49,131 nucleotides of DNA from positions 1 through 49,131 of the IMG/VR virus record IMGVR_UViG_3300029775_000339. The stretch is one strand, 5' to 3'. How positions within the stretch are numbered: position 1 is the first letter of the stretch; every line of letters begins with the position of its first letter. Below the pieces are notes generated by a model, which was given only the letters and a program-made list of their open reading frames with translations, ran no database searches and had not been told where the DNA came from. This stretch comes from a virus (lineage: Duplodnaviria; Caudoviricetes). This document shows, in pieces, positions 36,871 to 46,551 of the stretch. The translations under genes and the position numbers were made by a program.

Positions 36871-38726
36871 TGATCTGCATCTACGATAAAAAAACTACCA
36901 AAGGAAATTTTGATAATAATGGTCTTGGAATTTTAAGTGAATCCATAAGTTGTTACATTACTGAAGAGTTAAATGGTGACTATTCTTTGGAACTAGAGTA
37001 TTCTGCTAATTCTAAAAAGTCAAAGTACCTTGTTGAATGGAATATTATTAAGGCAGATGGACAGCTCTTTAGAATATACATGGTAGAAAAAGATAGTGAT
37101 GATAAAAATGTTATTAAAGTTTGGGCTAAGCATATATTTTATGACTTAGCTTATTATTTTATAGAAAGTATGGAAGGTAAAAACTGCAGTGTAAAAACCG
37201 CTATGGAAAAATCTTTAATAGGAGATTTGCTTACCATATATACAGTAGACAGCGATATTATAATAGCTAATTCAATCAGTCTTGAAGAGAAAAATCCAGT
37301 AGAAGCTGTATTTTCTATAATTAATATATGGGAATGCGGCCAGCTTAAAAGGGATAACTTTGATATAAAAATACTTACCTCAATTGGTAAAGATGCTGGG
37401 GTTTTAATTGCACAAGGTAAAAATATATCGGGACTGAAGTTTAATATAGATACCACAAGTGTTGTAACAAAGCTTTATCCAGTAGGAAAAGACGGCATAA
37501 AGCTTACTGAAAAATATATAAGTGTGCCTAACTGGGACAGTGAAAAGTATCCGCCCTTTCCTATAATTAAAAAAGTGGAGTTCAAAGATGCGGAGGATGA
37601 AGTTACTTTAAGGCTGGTGGCTCAGGAAGCTGCAAGTGTAATAGGGTTAAGTAAAGTTAGCATTGATGTGGATTTTGTTGAACTTAGCAAGACTAAGGAA
37701 TATGAAAACTATAAGCATCTCCAGACAGTTAATATAGGAGATACAGTTATAGTGAGACACAAGGATTTTGAAATAGATGTAAAAGTTCCTGTAGTTAAAA
37801 TAAAGAAGGACATTTTAACTGGTGTAAATGTTAAAGTTGAACTTGGCCAGCCAAAGGACAGCATATTGAATCAGCTTGATACGGCATCTATTAAAACTAC
37901 ATTAGATGAACTTGGAAACAAAGTAGCAGAGTCCTTTAGCTCCATGCTGTATTATGCAAATCCTGTTGCACTAACTATTGGGACAACAGCAATAGAGCCG
38001 ATATACCTTGGAGTTACCGCAGTGACATCTACAAATTTAGCTATGAATTTTTCTATGTACTGCAGTGCAAGTACTGTATGTACCTTAACCATGCAAATCC
38101 AGCTGGATAATAAGGATATTCCCTTTACTCCAAAGCAAAAACTCCAGCAGGGAGATAACACAATTGGAATACCCCTTGGAATTCCACAAGTATCTCAAGG
38201 GGCACACTATATTGGAGTTTTTTTAAAGGTAGATACAGGAACATTAAGTATACCAATGTTTAACCTGCAGTGTATGATTGACGGGAGAAATCTTCAGGGC
38301 GGCTTAAACTCAGATCCACCACATGCAGAATGTTTTGAAAAGCAAAGCTTTGTAAATATGAATGGATTATACATGAATAAAATTTTAGATACCTATATTG
38401 GTACGGAAATGCAAATTCCTATAACTTCAATATTAAGTGTCAATCAGACAGCAGACATAGCAGCAATCAGCAGTGGAAAGCAGATGAGTATAAATTATGC
38501 CCTTTCAATTAAAAAGTATGGTGAAATTTTATATTTAACTTCTCAGTATAAGGATAAATATTTAATGGATGAAGAAATTTTAATAATAGATAATGAAGGA
38601 CTTTATTTTAAAACAGTCTATGAGGGAACAGCAGTTAATGAAGTAATAGATTCAGGAAAGTTGTACAGTTTTGAACTTTTAGATAGCAGTAATTTTACAA
38701 GTATTGAAAAACTGGAGGTGAAGTAA
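36870..38726 (+). CDS. Tail-associated hub/spike protein (Tal-like, prophage tail endopeptidase family)
   Basis: NNGLGIL, EELNGDYSLELEY, QLFRI, HIFYDL, RDNF, GKNI and VVTKLYPVGKDG. Confidence 0.85.
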   Translation: MICIYDKKTTKGNFDNNGLGILSESISCYITEELNGDYSLELEYSANSKKSKYLVEWNIIKADGQLFRIYMVEKDSDDKNVIKVWAKHIFYDLAYYFIESMEGKNCSVKTAMEKSLIGDLLTIYTVDSDIIIANSISLEEKNPVEAVFSIINIWECGQLKRDNFDIKILTSIGKDAGVLIAQGKNISGLKFNIDTTSVVTKLYPVGKDGIKLTEKYISVPNWDSEKYPPFPIIKKVEFKDAEDEVTLRLVAQEAASVIGLSKVSIDVDFVELSKTKEYENYKHLQTVNIGDTVIVRHKDFEIDVKVPVVKIKKDILTGVNVKVELGQPKDSILNQLDTASIKTTLDELGNKVAESFSSMLYYANPVALTIGTTAIEPIYLGVTAVTSTNLAMNFSMYCSASTVCTLTMQIQLDNKDIPFTPKQKLQQGDNTIGIPLGIPQVSQGAHYIGVFLKVDTGTLSIPMFNLQCMIDGRNLQGGLNSDPPHAECFEKQSFVNMNGLYMNKILDTYIGTEMQIPITSILSVNQTADIAAISSGKQMSINYALSIKKYGEILYLTSQYKDKYLMDEEILIIDNEGLYFKTVYEGTAVNEVIDSGKLYSFELLDSSNFTSIEKLEVK

Positions 38727-38727
38727 T

Positions 38728-39861
38728 GTGGGAGTATACAGCAGTACTATAATTCCACCAAAAGGAAGTAGTGGTATGACTTTAATAAGTTCCCATAATG
38801 ATGATACTACAGTTAGTTTTCCGGATATAGGCTTTGACTTCTACTACAATGGGGCAAACTGCAGGACTACAATCAAAACAAATGGTAACTCATGGGTGGG
38901 TTTTACTGGCTCAACTGAGCAGCTAAAAATAAATAGAAGGGATGCAGGGGCAGACAACATTTACTATGCACAGGAAACTGTAAATGACAAACCTACCTTT
39001 AGAATTAGATGGGAAGGCCATGGAGTGTACAGCACCTGGGGAACTCTTAATCTGGTATGGGAACTAATACTATTCAATGATAGTGCTATGGTACTTGTCA
39101 TTGAACAAATACCTAATACTGGAACAAATTCATTTGTAAATCCAAACCTTGGAACTACTACTTTAACTCTTGAAAATAACAAATCCTATGCATTTATCCC
39201 AGGGCAGGATCAGGGAAAATCATACACTATTCAGGAAGGCTCTTACATTCAGCCAAATATTAAATACCTTATGGTAGATGGAAATGATATTAAACACTGG
39301 GATACTTCAAGTGAAAGCTATGTTAAAGTTTCAGAGCTTCCACTAACAGCAGATAAATTCCAAAGCTACGGTGATGATAATTATCATAAAGAAAGGACAG
39401 GACTTGTATCTATTTCTCCAGTATTAAAAATATGGTCACCACTAGCTGAAATGCCAGCACCTGTGGTGACTCAAACAATTATTCCTAAACCTGTAATTGT
39501 AAGAATGAAAGAAGACATCTTATTTACCGAAGCATATATAATAGATATAGTTAATGCAGTAGTGACTATAGATAACACAGGCAGTGGAAGTATAGTTATA
39601 GTTTTTATAGTGAGTACAGATAGTGGAACTTCATGGGAAGCGTGGAATGGAAGTTCATGGATACTGGTGGATATAACAAATATGGAGGACGTGAAAACTA
39701 AAGGAATGACTGTTACAACACTCCAAGGAATTACTGAAGCACAATGGACGTCTCTTGGTCTTTCAGATAAGAAGATAAGACTTGCATGGTATATGGAAGT
39801 TAGTTCAAGTACGGATGTTTTAAAATTAAAGGAGGTAAGGATTAATTATAATACAGTATAG
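38728..39861 (+). CDS. Putative tail tip / receptor-binding protein
   Basis: Coupled to Tal gene; beta-rich with Thr/Ser/Trp; VSTDSGTSW motif. Confidence 0.6.
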   Translation: MGVYSSTIIPPKGSSGMTLISSHNDDTTVSFPDIGFDFYYNGANCRTTIKTNGNSWVGFTGSTEQLKINRRDAGADNIYYAQETVNDKPTFRIRWEGHGVYSTWGTLNLVWELILFNDSAMVLVIEQIPNTGTNSFVNPNLGTTTLTLENNKSYAFIPGQDQGKSYTIQEGSYIQPNIKYLMVDGNDIKHWDTSSESYVKVSELPLTADKFQSYGDDNYHKERTGLVSISPVLKIWSPLAEMPAPVVTQTIIPKPVIVRMKEDILFTEAYIIDIVNAVVTIDNTGSGSIVIVFIVSTDSGTSWEAWNGSSWILVDITNMEDVKTKGMTVTTLQGITEAQWTSLGLSDKKIRLAWYMEVSSSTDVLKLKEVRINYNTV

Positions 39862-40041
39862 GGGAGGTATATGGTATATCTTCAAGAATACTTAAGTAAT
39901 TCAATTTAATTCCCTTGAATTTCATGATATACTAGAAATAGTTATGACGGGATTGTGGATTATTGCTTATTAATAAATATTGTATTATTGAGATTAATAA
40001 AATCAAATAATTTATACTATTAAGGAAAGGAAGGCTAAATA

Positions 40042-40395
40042 TTGAATGATGATTATATATTGAGAATAGTAGAATCTATAGGAAGATTTGCTGGAGAAAT
40101 TTTATCAAACAAACAGGATAAAGAATTTCAAAATATATATGTACAATCAATGTCTGTACAAGATTTACTGCCAATATTATTAAAGCAACTTGTTCTTCAA
40201 GGTAAATACAACAAAGCAGAAAATATATTATTTGAAGAACTAAGTAAAAATCCTTCAAATGATTTACTCGATATCGGCAAGAATTTCTATAATGTACTGC
40301 TTTCAAAAAGTGATGAGGAACTTGATAAAGCAAATTTTTCAAGAGAAGAAATATTTCAGGGATTAAACGATATGAAAAAATTTATTGATAATTGA
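40042..40395 (+). CDS. Small helical protein (DUF6483-like; cargo)
   Basis: DYILRIVE...AENILF...FY..L...SDEEL..ANFSREEI..GL pattern. Confidence 0.65.
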   Translation: MNDDYILRIVESIGRFAGEILSNKQDKEFQNIYVQSMSVQDLLPILLKQLVLQGKYNKAENILFEELSKNPSNDLLDIGKNFYNVLLSKSDEELDKANFSREEIFQGLNDMKKFIDN

Positions 40396-40472
40396 TATTA
40401 ATTTTAAAAGTAAATCTTAAATTCTCATTAATTCATAAGTTTCTTATAGGGGGAAAGAATAGGGTGGATCAA

Positions 40473-40865
40473 ATGAATAAAAATGCAACATTATTTTTTA
40501 CAAAAATTCTTTATGTGATATTTATACTTGGAACTATAGTTTCACTTTTGATCGTTTATAAAGATATAGACAGTAGCATTGCTTTCAAGTTCTTAATGGG
40601 ATATTTGTTTTTAATATTCTTTTTACTTTTATATGTACCCTTTATTACTATTTTAAATTCAAGAAAGTTAAAATGGGTTGAGATAAGGAAAAGGCTATTT
40701 AAGTTTATTGCTTTGTTTATTTTATTTGGTACGTTAAATTATGGGTTTGATTATGTTTTCAGAACTTCAAACATAGATTTATTTAGAGAATTTTCAATTG
40801 CTCTGGGTTTAACCTTTAGTATTTCATTTATTGATATTACATTACTTAAAAGAGAAATAGAGTGA
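40473..40865 (+). CDS. Four-TM membrane protein (cargo)
   Basis: Four hydrophobic segments; ATG 40473 preferred; very AT-rich. Confidence 0.7.
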   Translation: MNKNATLFFTKILYVIFILGTIVSLLIVYKDIDSSIAFKFLMGYLFLIFFLLLYVPFITILNSRKLKWVEIRKRLFKFIALFILFGTLNYGFDYVFRTSNIDLFREFSIALGLTFSISFIDITLLKREIE

Positions 40866-40928
40866 TTGATACACAACTTTTTAGAAGTTGTGACGGAACT
40901 GTAAATAATTGTGAAGTAAAGATTATTT

Positions 40929-41132
40929 GTAACTATTCAGCCACTATATATTGCTTTTTACAAATATAAAATACAATATGTTGTGCTTTTTAAGAACAAA
41001 TTTATGGTTTAAAATGATTAAATTAATCTATTTTAATGCATTTTCGTAACAGTCAAAACATGTAAGTTCTTGAACTGGCTCTATAAGCCCATAGAACAAC
41101 AATTTAAAATTTGTCAATGCCTGAATAGTTAC
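40929..41132. mobile_element. MITE, 204 bp, with terminal IRs and an 8-bp target duplication
   Basis: GTAACTATTCAG (40929-40940) / CTGAATAGTTAC (41121-41132), flanked on both sides by GATTATTT (40921-40928 and 41133-41140). Confidence 0.88.
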
Positions 41133-41188
41133 GATTATTTATATAACACGCAGTTTGATAAATAGTGTTTTGTATAGGAGAGTATAAA

Positions 41189-41935
41189 ATGTACCAGAAA
41201 GTACTAAATGGAAATCAATTAAAAATTATAGCAATGATTGCAATGACAATAGACCATCTTACGAGTGTGCTATATCCGAATTACCCAACAGATTGGTGGA
41301 TTATTGTACTACATATCATTGGAAGGCTGGCGGCACCTATTTTTTGGTTCTTTGTGGCAGAGGGTTATCATTATACTCATGATATAAAAAAATATGCTGG
41401 CAGATTGTTTATCTTTGCAGTAATTTCGCATTTTGCTTATAATTTCGCCTTTGGGATACCTTTTATACCTTTTCAGACCTCCATATTTAATCAGACAAGT
41501 GTTATTTGGTCTTTGGCTTGTGGTCTTGTAGCATTGGCAATACATGAAAGCAACCGATTTAAGCAGTGGCAAAAGACACTGCTAATCCTTGGAATTACGG
41601 TTATTACATTTTGTTCAGATTGGAGCAGTATTGCAGTACTGGCAATTATACAAATTGGTGCAAATCGTGGAAACTTTAAAAAGCAAATGACTGCAATGAT
41701 GCTATGGATATCAGTATATGCTACCGTATATGCTGTTTTTATCAATCCTATTTATGGTATTCTACAACTATTTGTTGCACTTACAATTCCGCTGTTGAAA
41801 ATGTATAATGGTGAGCGTGGTACTTGGAAAAGTATGAAATGGTTTTTCTATGTTTATTATCCGCTTCATTTAGTTATTTGCGGTCTGATCCGAATTGTAT
41901 TGCATGGAAATGTTGGCGTTATGATTGGTGGGTGA
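41189..41935 (+). CDS. TraX-family membrane protein (putative acyltransferase; cargo)
   Basis: LKIIAMIAMTIDH, IGRLAAPIF.FFVAEG..YT, YNGERG and FFY.YYPLHL. Confidence 0.88.
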   Translation: MYQKVLNGNQLKIIAMIAMTIDHLTSVLYPNYPTDWWIIVLHIIGRLAAPIFWFFVAEGYHYTHDIKKYAGRLFIFAVISHFAYNFAFGIPFIPFQTSIFNQTSVIWSLACGLVALAIHESNRFKQWQKTLLILGITVITFCSDWSSIAVLAIIQIGANRGNFKKQMTAMMLWISVYATVYAVFINPIYGILQLFVALTIPLLKMYNGERGTWKSMKWFFYVYYPLHLVICGLIRIVLHGNVGVMIGG

Positions 41936-42026
41936 TAAATTCCAATCATGGTCAAATTATTCTAATAAAGCGTCACAGTGGTAATTTATCGTGAATTAAA
42001 TAATAGAGTTTTTGGAGGAATAGAGG

Positions 42027-42524
42027 ATGAGGGTGAATTATAAAAACATTAATAACTATTTTCAAGAACTACCTACCTTAAAGTTTATTATTGCTATGGT
42101 CTTAGCTACATATTTAGCCATAGTACCATTTATTCCACTATTTTATCTATATGAAAAATACATAGGACAAATGGGGGGACCAGATAGCTTAGAAACATCA
42201 TCTCTATTGGCAAAAATTATAGTTGGCTCAATAATAGGTCCTATATTAGAAACGATTATTTTCCAATATGGAATTATTGAAATTTTGAGTTCTATTAAGA
42301 TTTTTAAAGAAAAAAAGATTATTATTGCTATAATTTCGTCGTTACTATTTGCAATTTCACATAGTTATAGTTATTTATATATTTCCTATAGTTTTATAAT
42401 AGGTTTAGTATTAGCATATTCATATTTAACTTATAAAAAAAAGAATTTCTCTGCTTTTGGAGTTGTTTTCTGGATTCATTGCATAAGAAACACAATTTCA
42501 ACTATTTTATTTATGTTAGATTGA
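42027..42524 (+). CDS. CPBP (CAAX/Abi) family intramembrane protease-like protein (cargo)
   Basis: GPILETIIFQ (degenerate EExxxR), SSLLFAISH and IHCIRN (HxxxN). Confidence 0.78.
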   Translation: MRVNYKNINNYFQELPTLKFIIAMVLATYLAIVPFIPLFYLYEKYIGQMGGPDSLETSSLLAKIIVGSIIGPILETIIFQYGIIEILSSIKIFKEKKIIIAIISSLLFAISHSYSYLYISYSFIIGLVLAYSYLTYKKKNFSAFGVVFWIHCIRNTISTILFMLD

Positions 42525-42592
42525 TTTTAAGGAAGATTAAAGTTAAAATATAGTGTTTAAATAGTACATGGCAATTTTCTTATTAGATAACT

Positions 42593-42625
42593 AAAAGCCC
42601 ATATCTAGAAGGTATAGGCTTTTTT
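42593..42625 (+). terminator. Intrinsic terminator after cargo cluster
   Basis: AAAAGCCCATATCT-AGA-AGGTATAGGCTTTTTT. Confidence 0.65.
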
Positions 42626-42655
42626 ATATTCAAAATTTCAGAGAGGAGGAAATCT

Positions 42656-44020
42656 ATGCTTTATAAACAAAGTTTATTTTACAGCAAAGATTTAATAAAA
42701 GGAACTAAAATAGAAATTCCAAAGAAAAAATTAATATTACCTTTTACAGGCACAGCTACAGTTAAACTCTATGATGCCTTAACAGGAAAGCAGACCTATG
42801 AAGCTAAAAGTGAAAATAGGATATCTGCTGTATTTGGAAATATGGCTTACCTTGACGGATTTTATTATCCCATCCTGGATAATATGCAGGAAAATATATT
42901 GACTGATATATACACAACTTATCCATTCAGGGTAATGGTTTTAACTACAGGAGATATTGCAGAAGATCCTTATGACTATTTTACCTGGGGAAGCATTATA
43001 GGTTATGCAGATGGCTGGTATACCTACAGCGGCAGTGATGAACTCAGGGGAACTGTAAATACAGGTGAGACTACAAGAACTAATACGGATGCATCAGGTA
43101 TACGGCATTACGTCATGGATTTTCCAACCAGTGCAGCTAACGGAAGCTTTAAGAGTATATATTGGACTGGTGGATCTAGTACCGGGAGCACTGCCCAGAG
43201 TCCTAAGATTAATAGTTTGTATCCTAAAATTGAATTAGCTGCAGGCAGCAGTGGAAATTATTTGCCTGGCTATAACCTGTGTACCGATGAAACAAACCTC
43301 TATGCCCTAAGTAAAAATACCACAACTTTAGTAGTATACGATAAAGTTACCGGTACTAGAGGTGATAATATAACCCTGCCAGCTCAGGTTAAAGCTATAG
43401 CTTATGACGGTACAAACTTCTGGATTCTTATAAGTGATGGTTCTTTTAAAAAGCTTGATAAGGATTTTGCCGTAATTTCATCTTACCCAAAAAGTGCAGC
43501 AGTACCTGATGACCTTGTCTATGATGTGGAGTATTTTGATATAGCAGTAAATGCTGCCTATGTGTATATAACTTACAATGGATGCATGGATACTTCAGGG
43601 TCAAGTTCCAAATATAAAAGCTGTATAGCAAAATATAATAAAGACGGCACGTTTGCCAGTAAAGTTGAAATATATACAGGGAGTATTGGCTCAATTACTT
43701 TAACTAAAATAGCAAATAATAAATTGTGGGTGATAATACAATACGGTGCCTGCCTTCAGTTAAATGAGAATTTAACAGTGTACGGAATCTCAAACTTTAC
43801 CTCTACCAACTATAACAGTGTTTCCTGGGACAGTGATACATCTACTATATTTACCTATACTGACAGCAGCTATGGCCAGTTAAAGCAGCAGTATGTTGTA
43901 CCGGCAGCTGCCCATACACTGCTTCCAGAAGCAGTGACAAAGACACCAACAAATACTATGAAAATACAATATGATTTTACCAGTGAATATGTGTATCCAC
44001 TGGATATGCCGGCACATTAA
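42656..44020 (+). CDS. Putative tail fibre / receptor-binding protein with beta-propeller-like insert
   Basis: DFPTSAANG and VTKTPTNTMKIQYDF flank repeats such as AIAYDGTNFWIL; strong RBS; last structural-type gene. Confidence 0.6.
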   Translation: MLYKQSLFYSKDLIKGTKIEIPKKKLILPFTGTATVKLYDALTGKQTYEAKSENRISAVFGNMAYLDGFYYPILDNMQENILTDIYTTYPFRVMVLTTGDIAEDPYDYFTWGSIIGYADGWYTYSGSDELRGTVNTGETTRTNTDASGIRHYVMDFPTSAANGSFKSIYWTGGSSTGSTAQSPKINSLYPKIELAAGSSGNYLPGYNLCTDETNLYALSKNTTTLVVYDKVTGTRGDNITLPAQVKAIAYDGTNFWILISDGSFKKLDKDFAVISSYPKSAAVPDDLVYDVEYFDIAVNAAYVYITYNGCMDTSGSSSKYKSCIAKYNKDGTFASKVEIYTGSIGSITLTKIANNKLWVIIQYGACLQLNENLTVYGISNFTSTNYNSVSWDSDTSTIFTYTDSSYGQLKQQYVVPAAAHTLLPEAVTKTPTNTMKIQYDFTSEYVYPLDMPAH

Positions 44021-44085
44021 AAAAATATCTACATATTGTATAGTGTTAAAAATATAAAGTTTAATTATGCATACATATTGATTTG

Positions 44086-44116
44086 AAAAGCTTACTGAAG
44101 TTCGGTAGGCTTTTTT
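44086..44116 (+). terminator. Intrinsic terminator at end of the structural module
   Basis: AAAAGCTTACTGAA-G-TTCGGTAGGCTTTTTT. Confidence 0.72.
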
Positions 44117-44153
44117 GTTTTTATTAAAAATGGGGAAAGGGGAAATATATTAT

Positions 44154-44303
44154 ATGGAAAATATAAACTCAATAATAATTAAAGGAAAACAGAACTCAAG
44201 GATTAATTCAATTAAACATACATATTCAAATAAAATTACATGGGAAAAAGCCTTTGAAATTATAATAGAAAATCACCTCAAAAGTGCTAAATTGCTTGAT
44301 TAG
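44154..44303 (+). CDS. Small hypothetical protein upstream of the recombinase (49 aa)
   Basis: Purine-rich RBS (AAAGGGG) upstream of ATG 44154; in frame with track ORF 44115-44303. Confidence 0.5.
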   Translation: MENINSIIIKGKQNSRINSIKHTYSNKITWEKAFEIIIENHLKSAKLLD

Positions 44304-44387
44304 TGGGGAACGTAGATTTATCATCACACTACCAATCAAGTTAAGTCATTGGGGTTTAGAATATAAAAAATATTGGAGGAATTAATT

Positions 44388-45950
44388 ATGGGCGTTTATG
44401 GATATATTAGAATTTCAAGGGATGAAGATGGCAGCAGAGATAGCATAGAAAGTCAAAGAAATGTAATAAGGGTTTTTGCAGAAGAAAGCGGACTTATGAT
44501 TGATGATATTATAGAAGATAATAATGTTAGTGGTTATACCTATGATAGACCTGGACTTAATGAATTAAATGAACTAATAGATGAAGGTAAAGTTGACATA
44601 CTACTTGCAAAAGACCTTTCAAGAATAGGAAGGCATAATGCTAAGACGCTTTTATATATTGAACATCTTGAAGAAAAGAATGTAAAACTTATGCTTAAAA
44701 GTGGATATCAAGATGAAAATTTAAGAGGAATTGAGACATGGTATAATGAAATGTATATAAGGGATCTAAGTAGAAAAACTAAGGAAGCCTTAAGAGTAAA
44801 AGCTAAAGCCGGGGAAGTTCATATTACAAACTTTGGTTATAAAAAAGATCCGAACAATAAAGTTAAATGTATAATTGATGAAGAATCAGCAGAAACAGTA
44901 AAGATAATATTTAGATTATTTATTGAAGGTAATGGGTGTACTAAAATTGCTAAATATTTGAATGGTCATAAAGTAACAACACCAGCTATTAGAAAACAGG
45001 AATTATACGGATATGGATGGAAAAAAGAATGGACTTTAAAGGAAGTATGGACAGGAGGAATGGTAAGTAGAGTTCTAAAAAATGATGCATATATAGGAAC
45101 GGTAAGAAGGGGCAAGACAAGGAGAAATAAAATTAGGGATAAGAAAATAATTGAAGTTCCTATTGAAGAGCAATATGTACATAAAAATATGCTTCCAATA
45201 ATAATTAGTAAAGAAACTTTTGAAGCAGTTCAAATGATTTTTCAAAAACGTGTAACTAATGGTGTAAAAGCAAAACAAAAGCCTATAGGAAAATATACAG
45301 GTATATTAAAATGTGGGAAATGCGGTAAAAATCTTGTAATAACAAATTCAACAACGAAAAGTAGGGGTAAAGAAACTTTTTATATTTGCGGTACATACAA
45401 CCGATATGGAAGCAATTATTGTACAAGGCATACTATAAAAATTGATGATGTTGATGAAATAGTTTTTAATGAAATTGAAAGATTATATACTCAGGGACTT
45501 ATACGGCTTGATAATATTGATAATAAAATAGAAAAGAAACATAAGAATAATGCTAATGAAAAGAGAGTAGACAGGCTTAAAAGGGAAGTTGAAATGAAGA
45601 AGGCTGAAATAAAAAACTATTCAAAGCAACTTGCAAAGGGACTTATATCAGAAGAAATTTTCAAAGAAATGACAGATGAAGCTAATCAGGATTTAATAAA
45701 GCTTGAGAATATACTTGAAGAAGCTATAAACATTAATCATATAAGAAAAACTGAAAAAGCTAGAATCACAAAGGCAATTGATGTATTAAAGGAAATTATT
45801 GAAAGAAAAGAATTAACAAACTCAGATATAACGATGATTATTGATAAAATAGTTATCCATGAAACCTTTAATAAAAAGAAGGAATCAAAGCTTGATGTTG
45901 AAATAATGTGGAATACCCCGTTTATAGGAATAATTGATGAAGAAAATTAG
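44388..45950 (+). CDS. Large serine recombinase (integrase)
   Basis: YIRIS (catalytic Ser), SG...DRPG, DLSRIGR, recombinase domain (LKNDAYIG, PIIISKETFE), Zn ribbon CGKCG...YIC...C and coiled coil. Confidence 0.93.
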   Translation: MGVYGYIRISRDEDGSRDSIESQRNVIRVFAEESGLMIDDIIEDNNVSGYTYDRPGLNELNELIDEGKVDILLAKDLSRIGRHNAKTLLYIEHLEEKNVKLMLKSGYQDENLRGIETWYNEMYIRDLSRKTKEALRVKAKAGEVHITNFGYKKDPNNKVKCIIDEESAETVKIIFRLFIEGNGCTKIAKYLNGHKVTTPAIRKQELYGYGWKKEWTLKEVWTGGMVSRVLKNDAYIGTVRRGKTRRNKIRDKKIIEVPIEEQYVHKNMLPIIISKETFEAVQMIFQKRVTNGVKAKQKPIGKYTGILKCGKCGKNLVITNSTTKSRGKETFYICGTYNRYGSNYCTRHTIKIDDVDEIVFNEIERLYTQGLIRLDNIDNKIEKKHKNNANEKRVDRLKREVEMKKAEIKNYSKQLAKGLISEEIFKEMTDEANQDLIKLENILEEAININHIRKTEKARITKAIDVLKEIIERKELTNSDITMIIDKIVIHETFNKKKESKLDVEIMWNTPFIGIIDEEN

Positions 45951-45976
45951 AAGATATTTATATAGATATATTATAG

Positions 45977-46024
45977 AATAGAGTATGGAGTGGCTGAAAT
46001 GGCTATTCTATACTTTATTTTTTT
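45977..46024 (+). terminator. Intrinsic terminator after the recombinase
   Basis: AATAGAGTATGGAGTGGCT-GAAAT-GGCTATTCTATACTTTATT followed by a T run. Confidence 0.72.
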
Positions 46025-46037
46025 CATCAATGAAGTA

Positions 46038-46081
46038 ACACCTACCCTGTTGAGTGTGTTGTAAGGATAGAGCGGAAATAG
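46038..46081 (+). other. rlmD: Putative attR: displaced 3' end of the 23S rRNA m5U methyltransferase gene
   Basis: 46040-46081 translates TYPVECVVRIERK*, matching the RlmD/RumA C-terminal motif (FPxT.HVE.V) with H changed to P; lies just after the recombinase. Confidence 0.7.
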
Positions 46082-46551
46082 CTTGGTATCAAAGGCTTAG
46101 GGCATTTTGCCCTATTTTTTTTGTGTGCTTTATGTTTGCATAGACTACAGTTTCGGGGTATTTTTTGTTCAGGGGGGGTAAAGCTATTTTGCGTATTAAT
46201 AAATACGCGCATTTGTATAAGTTTTGCATAGAAGGTATTGGATAAAAAGGATTTATAATAGAGCGTGTTAAAATTGATATATGAATAATAAATAGTATAT
46301 AATATATTTAATGAATACTATATGTTTAATAAGAGCTGGAATGAGAAACAATATAATATAACTGTGGAGTTATATTACATATGTTAAAATTTTATCTATT
46401 TTTTATAGAAGTAGTATTAGTAGAGGTAAAGCAAATAAATGTAATGTAGCTCAGTTTATAAATCAATGTTGAGGCATTCTTGTTTTTACTTGACTTTTAA
46501 AATAAACAGAGTGATTAATAATACTATTAATACTTAGAAGGAGAATGAAAA

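Noticed and set aside
30343-41950. Short AAATT(C/T)..AT motifs after cargo gene stops (30343, 41936) as integron-like cassette sites
   Set aside because: Too short and degenerate in AT-rich DNA; no consistent repeat across the cargo genes and no tyrosine recombinase in the window.
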